A stretch of DNA of 62,954 nucleotides, filler included. It is 8 parts of 8 records of this genome, joined end to end, with 100 filler letters (N's around TTAATTAATTAA, not from the genome) between each part and the next. Parts side by side here need not be neighbours in the genome. Positions count along the whole stretch, not along the records: positions 10,275 to 22,412 come from SRR31156797_29202; positions 22,513 to 29,145 come from SRR31156797_29207; 6 more parts are not named here. The stretch is one strand, 5' to 3'. The position numbers were made by a program, and so were the translations under genes. Below the pieces are notes generated by a model. That model was not told where the DNA came from, ran no database searches, and worked only from the letters and a program-made list of their open reading frames with translations. This document shows, in pieces, positions 19,058 through 28,830 of the stretch (position 1 is the stretch's first letter; each line of letters opens with the position of its first letter).

Positions 19058-20353
19058 ATGCCATACAATGAAATAGAGAAACCGGGATTTGAGACCATAG
19101 CCCTTCACGGCGGACAGACCATAGACGCCACCAAGTCCAGGGCCGTCCCCCTTCATCGTACCACAGCCTATCTGTTCGACTCAGCAGAACATGCGCAGAA
19201 CCTGTTTGCCCTGAAGGAACTGGGAAACATCTATACCAGACTGGGGAATCCCACCCAGGACGTACTGGAGCAGAGGATGGCGGCCCTGGAAGGGGGAGCC
19301 GCGGCGCTGGCGTTGGCCTCGGGAACAAACGCCATATTCTATACGGTGATCAATATCTGTGCCGCCGGGGACGAGGTGGTAGCCAGTTCCAGACTCTACG
19401 GCGGAACCCATACCATGTTTAACGATATCCTTCCGGGCTTCGGGATAAAAGTGCGCTTCGCCGATCCCACCGATCCGGAGGCATTGAAAGCGGCGGTCAA
19501 CGTAAGGACGAGGATGCTCTATACGGAAACCATAGGGAACCCCTCCCTGGATATGGCGGATCTGGATATGTTCGCGTCCTTGGCGGAAGAGAATAAGATC
19601 CCCCTGGTAGTGGACTCCACCTTTACTCCGCCCTGCCTCCTGCGCCCTCTGGACCACGGTGCTCACATCGTCGTACACTCCATGACCAAGTGGATCGGCG
19701 GACACGGAACGGCCATAGGCGGTATCGTAATCGATTCGGGCCGCTTCAACTGGCAGGAAAGCAAATTCAAGCTCTATAACGAGCCCGACGGCGGGTACCA
19801 CGGGCTGCGCTTCGCCCACGACCTGGGAGAACTCAATCCTCTGGCCTTTATCCTGCGCATGCGAACGGTGCCCCTGCGCAACCTGGGCGGGGCCATCTCT
19901 CCGGACAACTGCTGGATGTTCCTCCAGGGACTGGAAACCCTTTCGCTGCGGATGGAACGACACTCCGAAAACGCCCTGGCGGTAGCGGAGTTCCTGAGCG
20001 CCCATGACGAGGTGGCCTGGGTACGATATCCCGGCCTGCGGGAAGATCCTTCCCACGCAGAGGCTTCCCGCTATATGAAGAAGGGATACGGCGGGATGGT
20101 CGTCTTCGGCATCAAGGCCGGCAGAGAGGCGGGACAGCATTTCATCGACAGCCTGAAGCTCTTCTCCCATGTGGCGAATGTGGGAGACGCCAAGAGCCTG
20201 GCCATCCATCCGGGCTCGACCACCCATTCCCAGCTCAGCGATGAGCATCTGAAAGCGGCGGGGATCTCCGGAGAGATGATTCGTCTCTCCATTGGTCTGG
20301 AGAACATCGAAGACATAAAGAAGGACCTGGATCAGGCTCTCAGAGCTCTTTAA
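19058..20353 (+). CDS. metY: O-acetylhomoserine sulfhydrylase / aminocarboxypropyltransferase
   Basis: [51 protein letters not shown]; start at ATG 19058 after AGGAGG. Confidence 0.95.
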   Translation: MPYNEIEKPGFETIALHGGQTIDATKSRAVPLHRTTAYLFDSAEHAQNLFALKELGNIYTRLGNPTQDVLEQRMAALEGGAAALALASGTNAIFYTVINICAAGDEVVASSRLYGGTHTMFNDILPGFGIKVRFADPTDPEALKAAVNVRTRMLYTETIGNPSLDMADLDMFASLAEENKIPLVVDSTFTPPCLLRPLDHGAHIVVHSMTKWIGGHGTAIGGIVIDSGRFNWQESKFKLYNEPDGGYHGLRFAHDLGELNPLAFILRMRTVPLRNLGGAISPDNCWMFLQGLETLSLRMERHSENALAVAEFLSAHDEVAWVRYPGLREDPSHAEASRYMKKGYGGMVVFGIKAGREAGQHFIDSLKLFSHVANVGDAKSLAIHPGSTTHSQLSDEHLKAAGISGEMIRLSIGLENIEDIKKDLDQALRAL

Positions 20354-20434
20354 GATACCATTTATTGACATCGGGAGAGTAATTCTTGTTCTTTACCTGT
20401 ATGTGATTTACATTTTATAATATGAAAATCCTTA

Positions 20435-20466
20435 TATAAGGGCCTTCTGTAGGGAAGGCCCTTATA
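20435..20466. repeat. Perfect 13-bp inverted repeat
   Basis: TATAAGGGCCTTC-TGTAGG-GAAGGCCCTTATA between metY and the next gene. Confidence 0.65.
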
Positions 20467-20484
20467 GCTGCGTACAATAAAGAT

Positions 20485-22209
20485 ATGGACGAAGAGAAGA
20501 ATACAACACCCGATCTGCCGCAATTTTATCACATGGAATCTTTCAGACGGGAGGAATTTCTCTCCCAGCTGGGAAGTTTCACCCAGGTCCAGTATCAACT
20601 GTTCCACAACCTCTGCGACTTCTGGTCACCCGTCCTGGAGTATAACCAGTTCATACTGAAGAGCTCAAAATCCTTTCTGGCATCCAACAACCAGCTGGAA
20701 CTCCTGATGGACAAGCTGAAGGCCGCCCACATAGGCCTTCTGCAGTACGCCCTGATCGACGGAGAGCTGAAAGCCCACAGGATCATCCTGAGCGATAAGA
20801 ACGATTTCTCCTTCTATTACTATCTCTGTGAAGACCTTCTGGCCAGGCAGATCCTGAACAGCAAGCAGCCCTTTATGACAGAGAAGGCCTTCGATGACGA
20901 GGGGATAGCCCTGCCCAAGGATATGATAACGATCCTGGAATCACGGATGCTCAGCCCGGGCTTCGCGGAAGCATCCGGAGAGAAGCCCCTCATCATCGGT
21001 GTTCCCCGGAAAATGAAGGATCCCCTTCTTCTCCCTTCGGGCATGATCGAGGAGTTTATCACCGCCCTGGTCACCCATATCCGTTCAGAAATGACCAACA
21101 CGAGCCTGATGGAGTACCTGTCCAGAATTACGAATCGGAAGATCAGTGAACTACAGAAGGGATTGACCAAAAGGGAGCCTTCTTTCTGGATCCCCATCTG
21201 CCAGGCCCTCGCCGAGCATAAAGAAGAGATTAAGCTGCGCTTCAAGGGGCTCAATCCTCTGCTCTTTACCAGCGTGCAACTGCTTCAAACCTATTTCCAG
21301 AACAGCCTGAACGAGATAAAAGAGGCCCAGATCGTTGAGCAGGAAAAGATGAAGGCAAGGGATGAACTGATCAGGGAATTCAGAAACAAGGAAGCCTCCT
21401 GGACCCCCGTGACCCTGCTTGACGAAAGGCTGAAGGAAATGGAGGAGACCTGGAAAGGATTCCGGGAGGAATTCAGAACGGCGGCTTTGGTCAGAGCTGA
21501 GAACAAGGCCCTGCCCCCCCTGATCGTTATCAACAATATGCTGATTCATAAGGATTTCCTATTCCGCTACTTCACGCGGGAGACGGGGCTTCTCCGCAAG
21601 GACCTCTTCTTTAACTACCAGGAGCAGATGAGAGACCTGCTTCGCCGCAACAGGACCGAACGCTACAGCCAGTTCTTCAGCAGAAACAATTTCCGGGCCG
21701 ACATCCTGGATCAGATCAAGGACAAAGACCTTCAGCTCTGGGAACTGCTTCAGAAGCCGACCAAGGTGGCGGAAGCGGCTTTCCACTACCTGCAGACCAT
21801 AAAAGGAATCAAGAAAAACTCACGAATCAAGGACGCCCTCGGCCTCTATTTTCAGAGCGATATGAAGACCTTCAGAAACATCGACACCATGATGCAGCTG
21901 AAACTTCTGACCCTCTTCGAGCAGGCCTACAAGGAACTGGGCTGGTGGAGTCGCTTCATCCTCAGGATTACGGGCCGATACGATAGCTATATCGGCATGT
22001 TCTCCGATGAATCCCCTCAAAGGGAACCATACAGGAGTCTCTCCCGGCGGAAGAAAAGAAAACGGAGTCCCCGCATCCCCAAAGCGGCGAAGTCGAAGAT
22101 GGATCAGAGAAACTACTCGGCCAGGGAGAAGAAAAGAGCCTGGGAGGAGTTCGGCCAGGCCGTACAGAACGAGAGCCTGCAACAGCCGGAGGAACCCTCC
22201 CCGGACTGA
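20485..22209 (+). CDS. Hypothetical protein (574 aa, helical, basic C-terminal tail)
   Basis: Long open frame with codon usage like its neighbours; no recognisable motif. Confidence 0.75.
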   Translation: MDEEKNTTPDLPQFYHMESFRREEFLSQLGSFTQVQYQLFHNLCDFWSPVLEYNQFILKSSKSFLASNNQLELLMDKLKAAHIGLLQYALIDGELKAHRIILSDKNDFSFYYYLCEDLLARQILNSKQPFMTEKAFDDEGIALPKDMITILESRMLSPGFAEASGEKPLIIGVPRKMKDPLLLPSGMIEEFITALVTHIRSEMTNTSLMEYLSRITNRKISELQKGLTKREPSFWIPICQALAEHKEEIKLRFKGLNPLLFTSVQLLQTYFQNSLNEIKEAQIVEQEKMKARDELIREFRNKEASWTPVTLLDERLKEMEETWKGFREEFRTAALVRAENKALPPLIVINNMLIHKDFLFRYFTRETGLLRKDLFFNYQEQMRDLLRRNRTERYSQFFSRNNFRADILDQIKDKDLQLWELLQKPTKVAEAAFHYLQTIKGIKKNSRIKDALGLYFQSDMKTFRNIDTMMQLKLLTLFEQAYKELGWWSRFILRITGRYDSYIGMFSDESPQREPYRSLSRRKKRKRSPRIPKAAKSKMDQRNYSAREKKRAWEEFGQAVQNESLQQPEEPSPD

Positions 22210-22324
22210 AAGGCTTTTCCCCCCTGGACTCCCGGCGGACCGATGATCATAATCCGGAACGATTTCTCCCGATGCCCCGGCCGGGTTATTGACCCGGAGT
22301 CCGCTACGGTCTATGATCCAGTAT

Positions 22325-22412
22325 GCACCGGGGGTGGTTCCCTTACAGATCGTCTTGAAGGGAACCTGAGATCACACCCATGGAACCTGATCCGGGTAAT
22401 GCCGGCGAAGGG
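22325..22412 (+). promoter_or_regulatory. TPP (THI-box) riboswitch aptamer, cut at the contig end
   Basis: GGGGTG...CTGAGA..CACCC..GAACCTGATCCGGGTAATGCCGGCGAAGGG matches the conserved TPP core; P3 stem GGTTCCCTT/AAGGGAACC. Confidence 0.93.
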
Positions 22413-22512
22413 NNNNNNNNNNNNNNNNNNNNNNNNNNNNNNNNNNNNNNNNNNNNTTAATTAATTAANNNNNNNNNNNNNNNNNNNNNNNNNNNNNNNN
22501 NNNNNNNNNNNN
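22413..22512. other. Artificial contig linker
   Basis: N run with TTAATTAATTAA. Confidence 0.99.
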
Positions 22513-22595
22513 TTGAGACAAAAAAGTGCAGCCCTGCAATTTTGGGGGGCAGTGCCTTATTTTTGCCGGTTCTGCAATCCCTTTTCTGTTTAGGG

Positions 22596-24029
22596 TCAAT
22601 CCGGCTTTTTGATTTTAAGGGTCCGGATTTTGTAGTGGAGGTTCTGGCGGGAAATGCCGAGCTGGGAGGCACTCTGGGTGACATTCCCCCGGTTTTTTTT
22701 TAATACCTGGGAAATTTTTCTTTTTTCCATATCCGCAAGAAAGGTGCCCAGGTTTTCCGGGTTAAGGTTGAGGAGCTGCTGTTTGTATGCGTTTTCCGCA
22801 AGCTGTTTTTCATGGCAGGCCGGAAGGTGTTCCCGCATCAGAACCTTGGTCCCCCTGCCCAGGAGAGTCATGATACTTTCGATGATGTTTTCAAGCTCCC
22901 GGACATTGCCGGGCCATGAGTAGTCCTGAAACAGGCGGTGGAGCTGGCCGGAAATCCTCGACACAAAAAGGCCGAACCTGAGATTGTATCTGTTGATGAA
23001 CAATTTGGATAAGGCCTTTATGTCCTCGGGACGGTCCCGGAGCGGGGGAACGGTTAAGGTGACCACCGAAAGCCGGTAGAACAGGTCCGGCCTGATTTTT
23101 TTCAGCTCCATGGCCCTGTGGGGATCCTCATTCATGGCACTGATGATTCGGCACCGGATCGGTATCTGTTGGTTGCTGCCCAGTCGTCTCACCTTCCGGT
23201 CCTGGATGACCCTGAGAATTTTGGCCTGGAGGTGCATGGGCATTGAATTGATTTCATCGAGGAAAATGGTGCCGTTTTCTGCTTTCTCAAATAATCCCGG
23301 CCGGTCGGTCGCCCCTGTGAATGAGCCTTTCCGGGCGCCGAACAATACGCTTTCCAGAAGGGTGTCCGGAATGCTTGCACAATTGATGGGCACGAAAATA
23401 CCGTTGGAGAAGCGGCTGGCATAATGAATGCCCTGGGCAAAGAGTTCTTTTCCCGTGCCGGTCTCCCCTGTGATAAGGATATTGGAGTCCTTGGCCGCTG
23501 CCTTTCTGGCCATTTTTACGGTCGCTTTGATCCCCGGGCTTTTTCCGATAATATCCTCCAGGAAAAACCGGGAGTCCATCCTTTTTTCCGCCTCTGCCAA
23601 AAGGAGCCTGTTCTGCTGTTCCAGGGTGGTGGAGATGAATTTGCTGATTTGGTTCAGGCAGCGTGCAATGGTGTACACATGGGTTACCCTGCCGTTTTCG
23701 TGGTGGGGGAATGCGCTGAATATAATATGGTTATCCCGGCCGTCGGGGACGGTGTACCGGTAGGATTTTTCTATGATGGGCTGTGAATCGGCAACAATTT
23801 TCCGGGTGACGTCCTCTGCCCAGGTGTAGTCGGGGTAGACCTCTTTTTCTTTTTTTCCCAGAACTTCTTCACGCGTCATTCCGTCAATCCGTTCGTTTTC
23901 CGTGTTGTAAAGAACGATTTTTCCGGTATGGTCGGTGACAAATACGGACTCGTGGAGGTGGTCGATGATTTCCCGCAGAAGTCTGTTCTCCTTTTCCAGT
24001 TTTTCGCAGTATTCTTTTGGGGTCCCCAT
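22596..24029 (-). CDS. Sigma54-dependent activator (PAS, AAA+, Fis HTH; RocR-like)
   Basis: GETGTGKE, ESVLFG..KGSFTGA, FLDEIN, WPGNVREL, GNVTQSASQLGISRQNL; start reassigned to ATG 24029 after GGGAG. Confidence 0.93.
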   Translation of the reverse strand: MGTPKEYCEKLEKENRLLREIIDHLHESVFVTDHTGKIVLYNTENERIDGMTREEVLGKKEKEVYPDYTWAEDVTRKIVADSQPIIEKSYRYTVPDGRDNHIIFSAFPHHENGRVTHVYTIARCLNQISKFISTTLEQQNRLLLAEAEKRMDSRFFLEDIIGKSPGIKATVKMARKAAAKDSNILITGETGTGKELFAQGIHYASRFSNGIFVPINCASIPDTLLESVLFGARKGSFTGATDRPGLFEKAENGTIFLDEINSMPMHLQAKILRVIQDRKVRRLGSNQQIPIRCRIISAMNEDPHRAMELKKIRPDLFYRLSVVTLTVPPLRDRPEDIKALSKLFINRYNLRFGLFVSRISGQLHRLFQDYSWPGNVRELENIIESIMTLLGRGTKVLMREHLPACHEKQLAENAYKQQLLNLNPENLGTFLADMEKRKISQVLKKNRGNVTQSASQLGISRQNLHYKIRTLKIKKPD

Positions 24030-24135
24030 TTTTATCTCCCTTTTTGAGTCACCTATGTCATAAATGAACCGTATCCGATATTCAAGTCTAAAATGGGAAC
24101 CGGCCCGGCGGTAAAGGACAGGCCGGCTTTTTAGT

Positions 24136-24411
24136 TTATCCTTTGGGAAGATACTTGAGTCTGCTTCGCCCGTACTCGGTGAGCCTGTAGCTTGTAAGCA
24201 GCTGGTTTTCCCTGAAGTCAAGTTCCACAATTTCAGCCATGCCCCCGGCCACAAAGGATGCCAGATGGGAATCTATGGTTTTCATGGAGTGCTGTCCCTC
24301 GGTTCCGTATTCCGGTTTCGTTGCTTGGAGCAGGTCGTCTGCTGTGACCGCTTCCTTTTCGTTCATATATTCCACGATCCTGAACCGCATGGGAAGTGTT
24401 GGTCCTGCCAT
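24136..24411 (-). CDS. Small winged-helix-like hypothetical protein (91 aa)
   Basis: AGAGGA RBS; C-terminal YRLTEYG wing-like motif; co-oriented within the operon. Confidence 0.7.
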   Translation of the reverse strand: MAGPTLPMRFRIVEYMNEKEAVTADDLLQATKPEYGTEGQHSMKTIDSHLASFVAGGMAEIVELDFRENQLLTSYRLTEYGRSRLKYLPKG

Positions 24412-24434
24412 TGTATGGTCTCCTCTCTTTTATA

Positions 24435-25460
24435 TTAATGATTTCCCCGAAGGTCCAAAAGCTCTTTGGGATTGGCCACAACCAGGATGGCTCCGGCCGT
24501 GATCATGAGGGCGGAAACCGCCAGTTCTTTTGTCAGTTCATACTCCATGATGCCCAGGGCCGAAAGAATCACGCTGAAGACAATGGCCCAGAGGGCATAG
24601 GTGATGTTCAGGGCCATGGCCCGGCTCACGCCGGTGGAGATAAAGGCTTTGTACCAGAGCTGGTAGGACATGCCGCCGCACATCCCGGCCGCAATCATCA
24701 GCCCCATCAGCTTTGTGACGTCCGGGCTGGAAAATACGTTGAAAAATACGGCCGTGCCCCCGAACAGGGGCAGTACGATGAGAAAATGAATGGTGAAAGA
24801 GGCGCCTTCCCTCAGGCCGATGGCAATGTCGGAATCCACAAGATCCATCCCGTAGGTGGCAAGCACTCCTTCCATTCCCCAGCAGAATGCGGAAATTCCT
24901 GCCAGCCCGATTCCTAGGTAGAAATTTTCGGGCAGGGCCCCTTCCGGGGGGGTGTAGGACATGTAAAGCATCCCCACAACACAGAGGAGGATGCCGCCCC
25001 ATACCCGGGCCGGGATTTTTTCTTTGAGGATGATGCCGGCTGCAATGGCCCCGATGGTTGGGTACATGGCAGAGACGCAGACGGCATAGGTGCCGGCCAT
25101 GTTGAGCCCTACAAGATAGCAGGACATGCCCACAGGCCCTCCGAGAAAGGCGCCCAGGCAGACGATTCGGCCGGGTTTGGTTTTCAGGGTCCTCAGGTAT
25201 TCTTTGAATTTGCCGTTAAAGGCATTGTAGATCAGGACATAAAGACCGGCAATGCCGTCGTGCATGGCTGCATTGGCAAGGCAGGCCGCCGTGACAAGGG
25301 CTGCCGGCTCGGCAACGTTAAAGGGGATACAGTAAAATGCCAGGCCCAGGAGCACGGCGTCAAGTCCCCAGAGCATGCCCGAGGTAACGGCAAAGCCCAG
25401 TCCTCTTTTGGCGTAGCCCAGGGCTTTTTTTTCGTGTATTGCGATTGCTTGGGTATTCAT
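24435..25460 (-). CDS. DMT/EamA-family transporter (LicB-like)
   Basis: About 10 hydrophobic segments with internal repeats SGMLWG/SAFCWG, GGPVGM, SAMYP, ALNITY. Confidence 0.85.
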   Translation of the reverse strand: MNTQAIAIHEKKALGYAKRGLGFAVTSGMLWGLDAVLLGLAFYCIPFNVAEPAALVTAACLANAAMHDGIAGLYVLIYNAFNGKFKEYLRTLKTKPGRIVCLGAFLGGPVGMSCYLVGLNMAGTYAVCVSAMYPTIGAIAAGIILKEKIPARVWGGILLCVVGMLYMSYTPPEGALPENFYLGIGLAGISAFCWGMEGVLATYGMDLVDSDIAIGLREGASFTIHFLIVLPLFGGTAVFFNVFSSPDVTKLMGLMIAAGMCGGMSYQLWYKAFISTGVSRAMALNITYALWAIVFSVILSALGIMEYELTKELAVSALMITAGAILVVANPKELLDLRGNH

Positions 25461-25534
25461 CTAATCTCCTTTTGGTGTCGGCTCCGCGCTGGAAATCCGG
25501 TGGGGAAATCCAGCCAGGGGCTGGGTTAATGGTG

Positions 25535-26959
25535 TTACCTGCCGGTTGCGGCTGAGATATAGGCTTGGAGTTCCTTGTCCAGGGCCTTGTCTATGAGGCT
25601 GTCCGGTGCAGTGTCGATGATCTCCTTGTATTTTAGGTTTGCCTTTCTAATGATATCCTGCTCCTCAAGTCCGGACCATTTATCATAGGAGTTCCAGTCT
25701 GCCAGATCCGGCTGCCAGGCGTTCCTGCAATGCTCCAGGGTGGTTTTGTGAAAGAGAAATTCACTCTTGTTCTGAACCACCTCTTGAATGACCCCCAGAT
25801 ATTCATCCATGTCGGAGGTGTTGATCCCGTCCCGGAAACGGTACATCCGGGAGAGCATTTCAACGTCAAGGATGAATTTTTCATAGGAGGTGACCATGAG
25901 GTTTTCCAGGCTGCCCAGGGTATTGGACATGACATTGGTGCCCACCAGGGTGGCGGTGAGCAGGCCCTGCATGGTTTCATACCCTGCCTGATAGTCAATG
26001 GCTTTTGAGCTTGAGATGCCGCACTGGCTCCGGGCCGGCAGCTTGTAAAAATCCTTGACCATCTGGCAGCAGGCGGCAAAAAGGAGGGCGGATTCCGGGG
26101 AACCGCATTCCCAGGTTGCCAGCTGCATGTTTCCGAACACCGTACTGCCCGAGACAATGACGGGAAGGCCGGGCCGGGTCGCCTGGCAGAGGACGACCCC
26201 GCCTAGCAGTTCCGCGGCGTACTGGATCAGGGTTCCGCTGAGGCTGATGGGGGCGGTAATGCCGGACATGGCCGCCGGGATAATGACCATGGGCTGGTTC
26301 CATTTGGCATAGGTGAGGATATTCTGGCAGGAGGTTTCAACATAGGTCAGGGGACTGACCGGGGTGGATACGCCCCAGGTGCAGTAATGGTCCCGGAAAT
26401 ACCCTTTTCGGCCAAAGGGGAGTTCCAGCATGCCAATGAGGGTATCCAGTTTTTGGGGATCCTCTTCACCCAGGGGGGCCAGGATGGGTTTATCGGTGTT
26501 TTTGATGAACTCATAGGCAGACCAGAGGTCTTTTTCCGCCACATCCACATCCGATGGATTAATGGGCTCAAACCCGGCGAGCTTGAGCACATCGTAGTGC
26601 TGGGTGATTTTCTGGATGTTGGCCACGTCTTTAAGGGTGCCCGGCCGCCGGCCCCCGTCCAGGTCGCTGATGAAGACCTCCCCTCCGTTGGGGTTGACCA
26701 CCAGGCCGTCCCCGCCGATGGTCACGGAATGGTCCGGGTTCCTGGCCTCAAGAAGAAAGCTGTCAGGGCAGGTGGCCAGGCTTTTTTCCACAAGCTGCCG
26801 GGGAAAAAAGACCCGTTTCCCCGAGACCCGGGCCCCGTGATTTTTCAAAAGATCCCTTGCCGTTTCATTGAGATAGGCAATGCCGGTTTCCTCTAATAGT
26901 TTTAATGCGGATTCGTGTATTTTTCGGCAGTCGTCGCCGGTTAAAAAACGAAGATTCAT
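25535..26959 (-). CDS. MttB-superfamily corrinoid methyltransferase, non-pyrrolysine
   Basis: IHESALKLLEETG, ARNPDHSVTIGG, SPL, GITAPISLSG, GSPE, SSSKAIDYQAGYE, SYEKFILD; no in-frame TAG. Start at 26959 (GGAGG RBS) or 26971. Confidence 0.92.
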   Translation of the reverse strand: MNLRFLTGDDCRKIHESALKLLEETGIAYLNETARDLLKNHGARVSGKRVFFPRQLVEKSLATCPDSFLLEARNPDHSVTIGGDGLVVNPNGGEVFISDLDGGRRPGTLKDVANIQKITQHYDVLKLAGFEPINPSDVDVAEKDLWSAYEFIKNTDKPILAPLGEEDPQKLDTLIGMLELPFGRKGYFRDHYCTWGVSTPVSPLTYVETSCQNILTYAKWNQPMVIIPAAMSGITAPISLSGTLIQYAAELLGGVVLCQATRPGLPVIVSGSTVFGNMQLATWECGSPESALLFAACCQMVKDFYKLPARSQCGISSSKAIDYQAGYETMQGLLTATLVGTNVMSNTLGSLENLMVTSYEKFILDVEMLSRMYRFRDGINTSDMDEYLGVIQEVVQNKSEFLFHKTTLEHCRNAWQPDLADWNSYDKWSGLEEQDIIRKANLKYKEIIDTAPDSLIDKALDKELQAYISAATGR

Positions 26960-27019
26960 CTCTTCCTCCATAGGGTTGATTTAGGGGTGTTTGGGGTCGC
27001 ATGAATTATGGGGCCGGCA

Positions 27020-28255
27020 TCAGCCGGCAAGGCTTGTGAACAGTTCAGTCAGTCTGTCTGCATTTTCCTGGGCATACCGCCGCATTCTCAGGCCGTGCTG
27101 CATAATATAAATGTATTCGTATTCATTGCTCTCCCGGTGGGATTCAAAATAGCTGCGGGAGCACCAGTCGCCAACGGTCATGTAATAGGCGTAGACCTCC
27201 AGCATCATGGGCAGGGATTTCAACTCGTCCCGGTTAAGGGGGCCCAATCCGTCAGTCTTGGCCATCTCCTGCTGATAGGCGTTCAAAAAGATCATGGCTT
27301 CACGGTCCAGCAGATGACCGTCAGAAGCATAATTCCATGAAAAGGTCATATAGTTCAGGGCGCAGGCAATATCGAACATCCGGATATCTTTTTTGGTGAA
27401 ATCAAAGTCAAAGATTCCCGTGACCCTGCCCCGGGAATCATATTTGGCATTTCCCTGGTGGTAGTCGCAATGGGCTATGGTGGTCAGCAGCATATCCGGG
27501 TTCACCTCATTGTGAAGCCTGTCGCAAAGGACATTTACCCGGGGGAGGATTTCCGGAAAGGCAGCGGTGAAAACAGAGTGGAACATGTCGGGTTCACCTT
27601 TGAGCTGGATTTTAAACGCCTCTGCCCGCTGGTGAAATGATTCCGAGTATCCGGGGAAAAGTTCGAGTATTTTCGGCTCGTTTTTCCGGCAGTCGGTATC
27701 GTCAAAATCAATGCCGGCGTTGTGGAACCGGGCAAGGACACGGCTTAAGCTGTCCAGCGAGGTGTCAGTGGGAATATCAAGCCAGAAATAGGTGTTTTCA
27801 CCGGTAATGAAATCAAAAAATCCGTAATAGGCCGTGCCGGAATCGCCCTGATCAACGGCTGTGTATGTATTACCATCAATGTCCCGGACAACGCCTGCCC
27901 CCTGGTCAAACCCGGCGTTGTTGATGTGGTTGATCAGGGTGTGCTCCACCTCAATGTCCCTGGGATCAATTCCCTGGTAGTATTTTCGTACGCAATAGGT
28001 GGCTGTTTCTCCGTTTTCTTCACAGACCACCCCAAACGAGCGGTTTACGTATCCCCCGAACATTTCAAAAACATCAACAAGCTTTCCTAAACGATACCGG
28101 GTTTCCGTAATTTCCTTGAGCTGGGCAAAAATAAAGGATTGTTCCAGCTGGCCGCCGATGTCCGAGATCTTGGATTCATTGGTCTTCAGTTTTTTTTGAA
28201 TTTCGAAAAGCCTTGCCGGACGATATTTTTCAAATTGTAAAATAGAATTTCCCAT
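27020..28255 (-). CDS. APH/choline kinase/homoserine kinase II family phosphotransferase
   Basis: GGYVNRSF loop, VRKY, LARFH, catalytic HCDYHQGN, IFDFDF. Start 28255 (AAGGA RBS) or 28303. Confidence 0.88.
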   Translation of the reverse strand: MGNSILQFEKYRPARLFEIQKKLKTNESKISDIGGQLEQSFIFAQLKEITETRYRLGKLVDVFEMFGGYVNRSFGVVCEENGETATYCVRKYYQGIDPRDIEVEHTLINHINNAGFDQGAGVVRDIDGNTYTAVDQGDSGTAYYGFFDFITGENTYFWLDIPTDTSLDSLSRVLARFHNAGIDFDDTDCRKNEPKILELFPGYSESFHQRAEAFKIQLKGEPDMFHSVFTAAFPEILPRVNVLCDRLHNEVNPDMLLTTIAHCDYHQGNAKYDSRGRVTGIFDFDFTKKDIRMFDIACALNYMTFSWNYASDGHLLDREAMIFLNAYQQEMAKTDGLGPLNRDELKSLPMMLEVYAYYMTVGDWCSRSYFESHRESNEYEYIYIMQHGLRMRRYAQENADRLTELFTSLAG

Positions 28256-28365
28256 AATATCCTTTTCAAACTGTTGAATACAGCCCGTAAAATTAAAAGC
28301 CATATTGGGTTAATGCATACAATTTCCCTTGCACGTCTCCGGTGGGTTCGGATGTTCCATATTAG

Positions 28366-28381
28366 AGCAATAAGAATGCCA
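28366..28381 (-). promoter_or_regulatory. Sigma54 -24/-12 promoter for the kinase-MttB operon
   Basis: Minus strand TGGCATTCTTATTGCT (GG-N10-GC). Confidence 0.85.
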
Positions 28382-28739
28382 TTTGCGTAAGGTGCTGAAT
28401 ATTAGACATTTTCTTTTATTTTTGCCGGGAGGTTAAATCAGGAGGGCAGGGAACAGTGTCAATAAATTTTTCAGTTCAGGCGAAATCTTTCCCGGCATGA
28501 CCCTTCCCGTGAAAACGGGAGATCCGTATGAGGGGGACAAAAAAATCCTAATAGGTCCGGCGGGTGTCGCCTGATTTTTCACTGAAAAAAAAATGACATG
28601 GTATCGGTGCTTCCCTGGGGAAATGGGCTCTGGCGGTATTGCCCGAAAATTGTATGGGATTCCCTGTATGTGGCGAATAGAAGGGCAGAAGGGCGTTCTT
28701 GGAGGGGAATATTTTTTTTGGTAAAAAAAGCCTGGGGTC

Positions 28740-28755
28740 TGGCATGATTGTTGTA
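28740..28755 (+). promoter_or_regulatory. Candidate sigma54 promoter for the corrinoid protein (variant -12)
   Basis: TGGCATGATTGTTGTA: canonical -24 element, GT instead of GC at -12. Confidence 0.5.
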
Positions 28756-28830
28756 TTTTACCCCCTTCAATCTTCTCTTGCACGGGTAGACCTAATATGA
28801 TGACAACCCTAATTTAAGGAAACGGTTAAA

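Noticed and set aside
25535-26959. Pyrrolysine-containing trimethylamine methyltransferase
   Set aside because: No in-frame TAG; the Pyl-equivalent region reads RSQCGISSSK.
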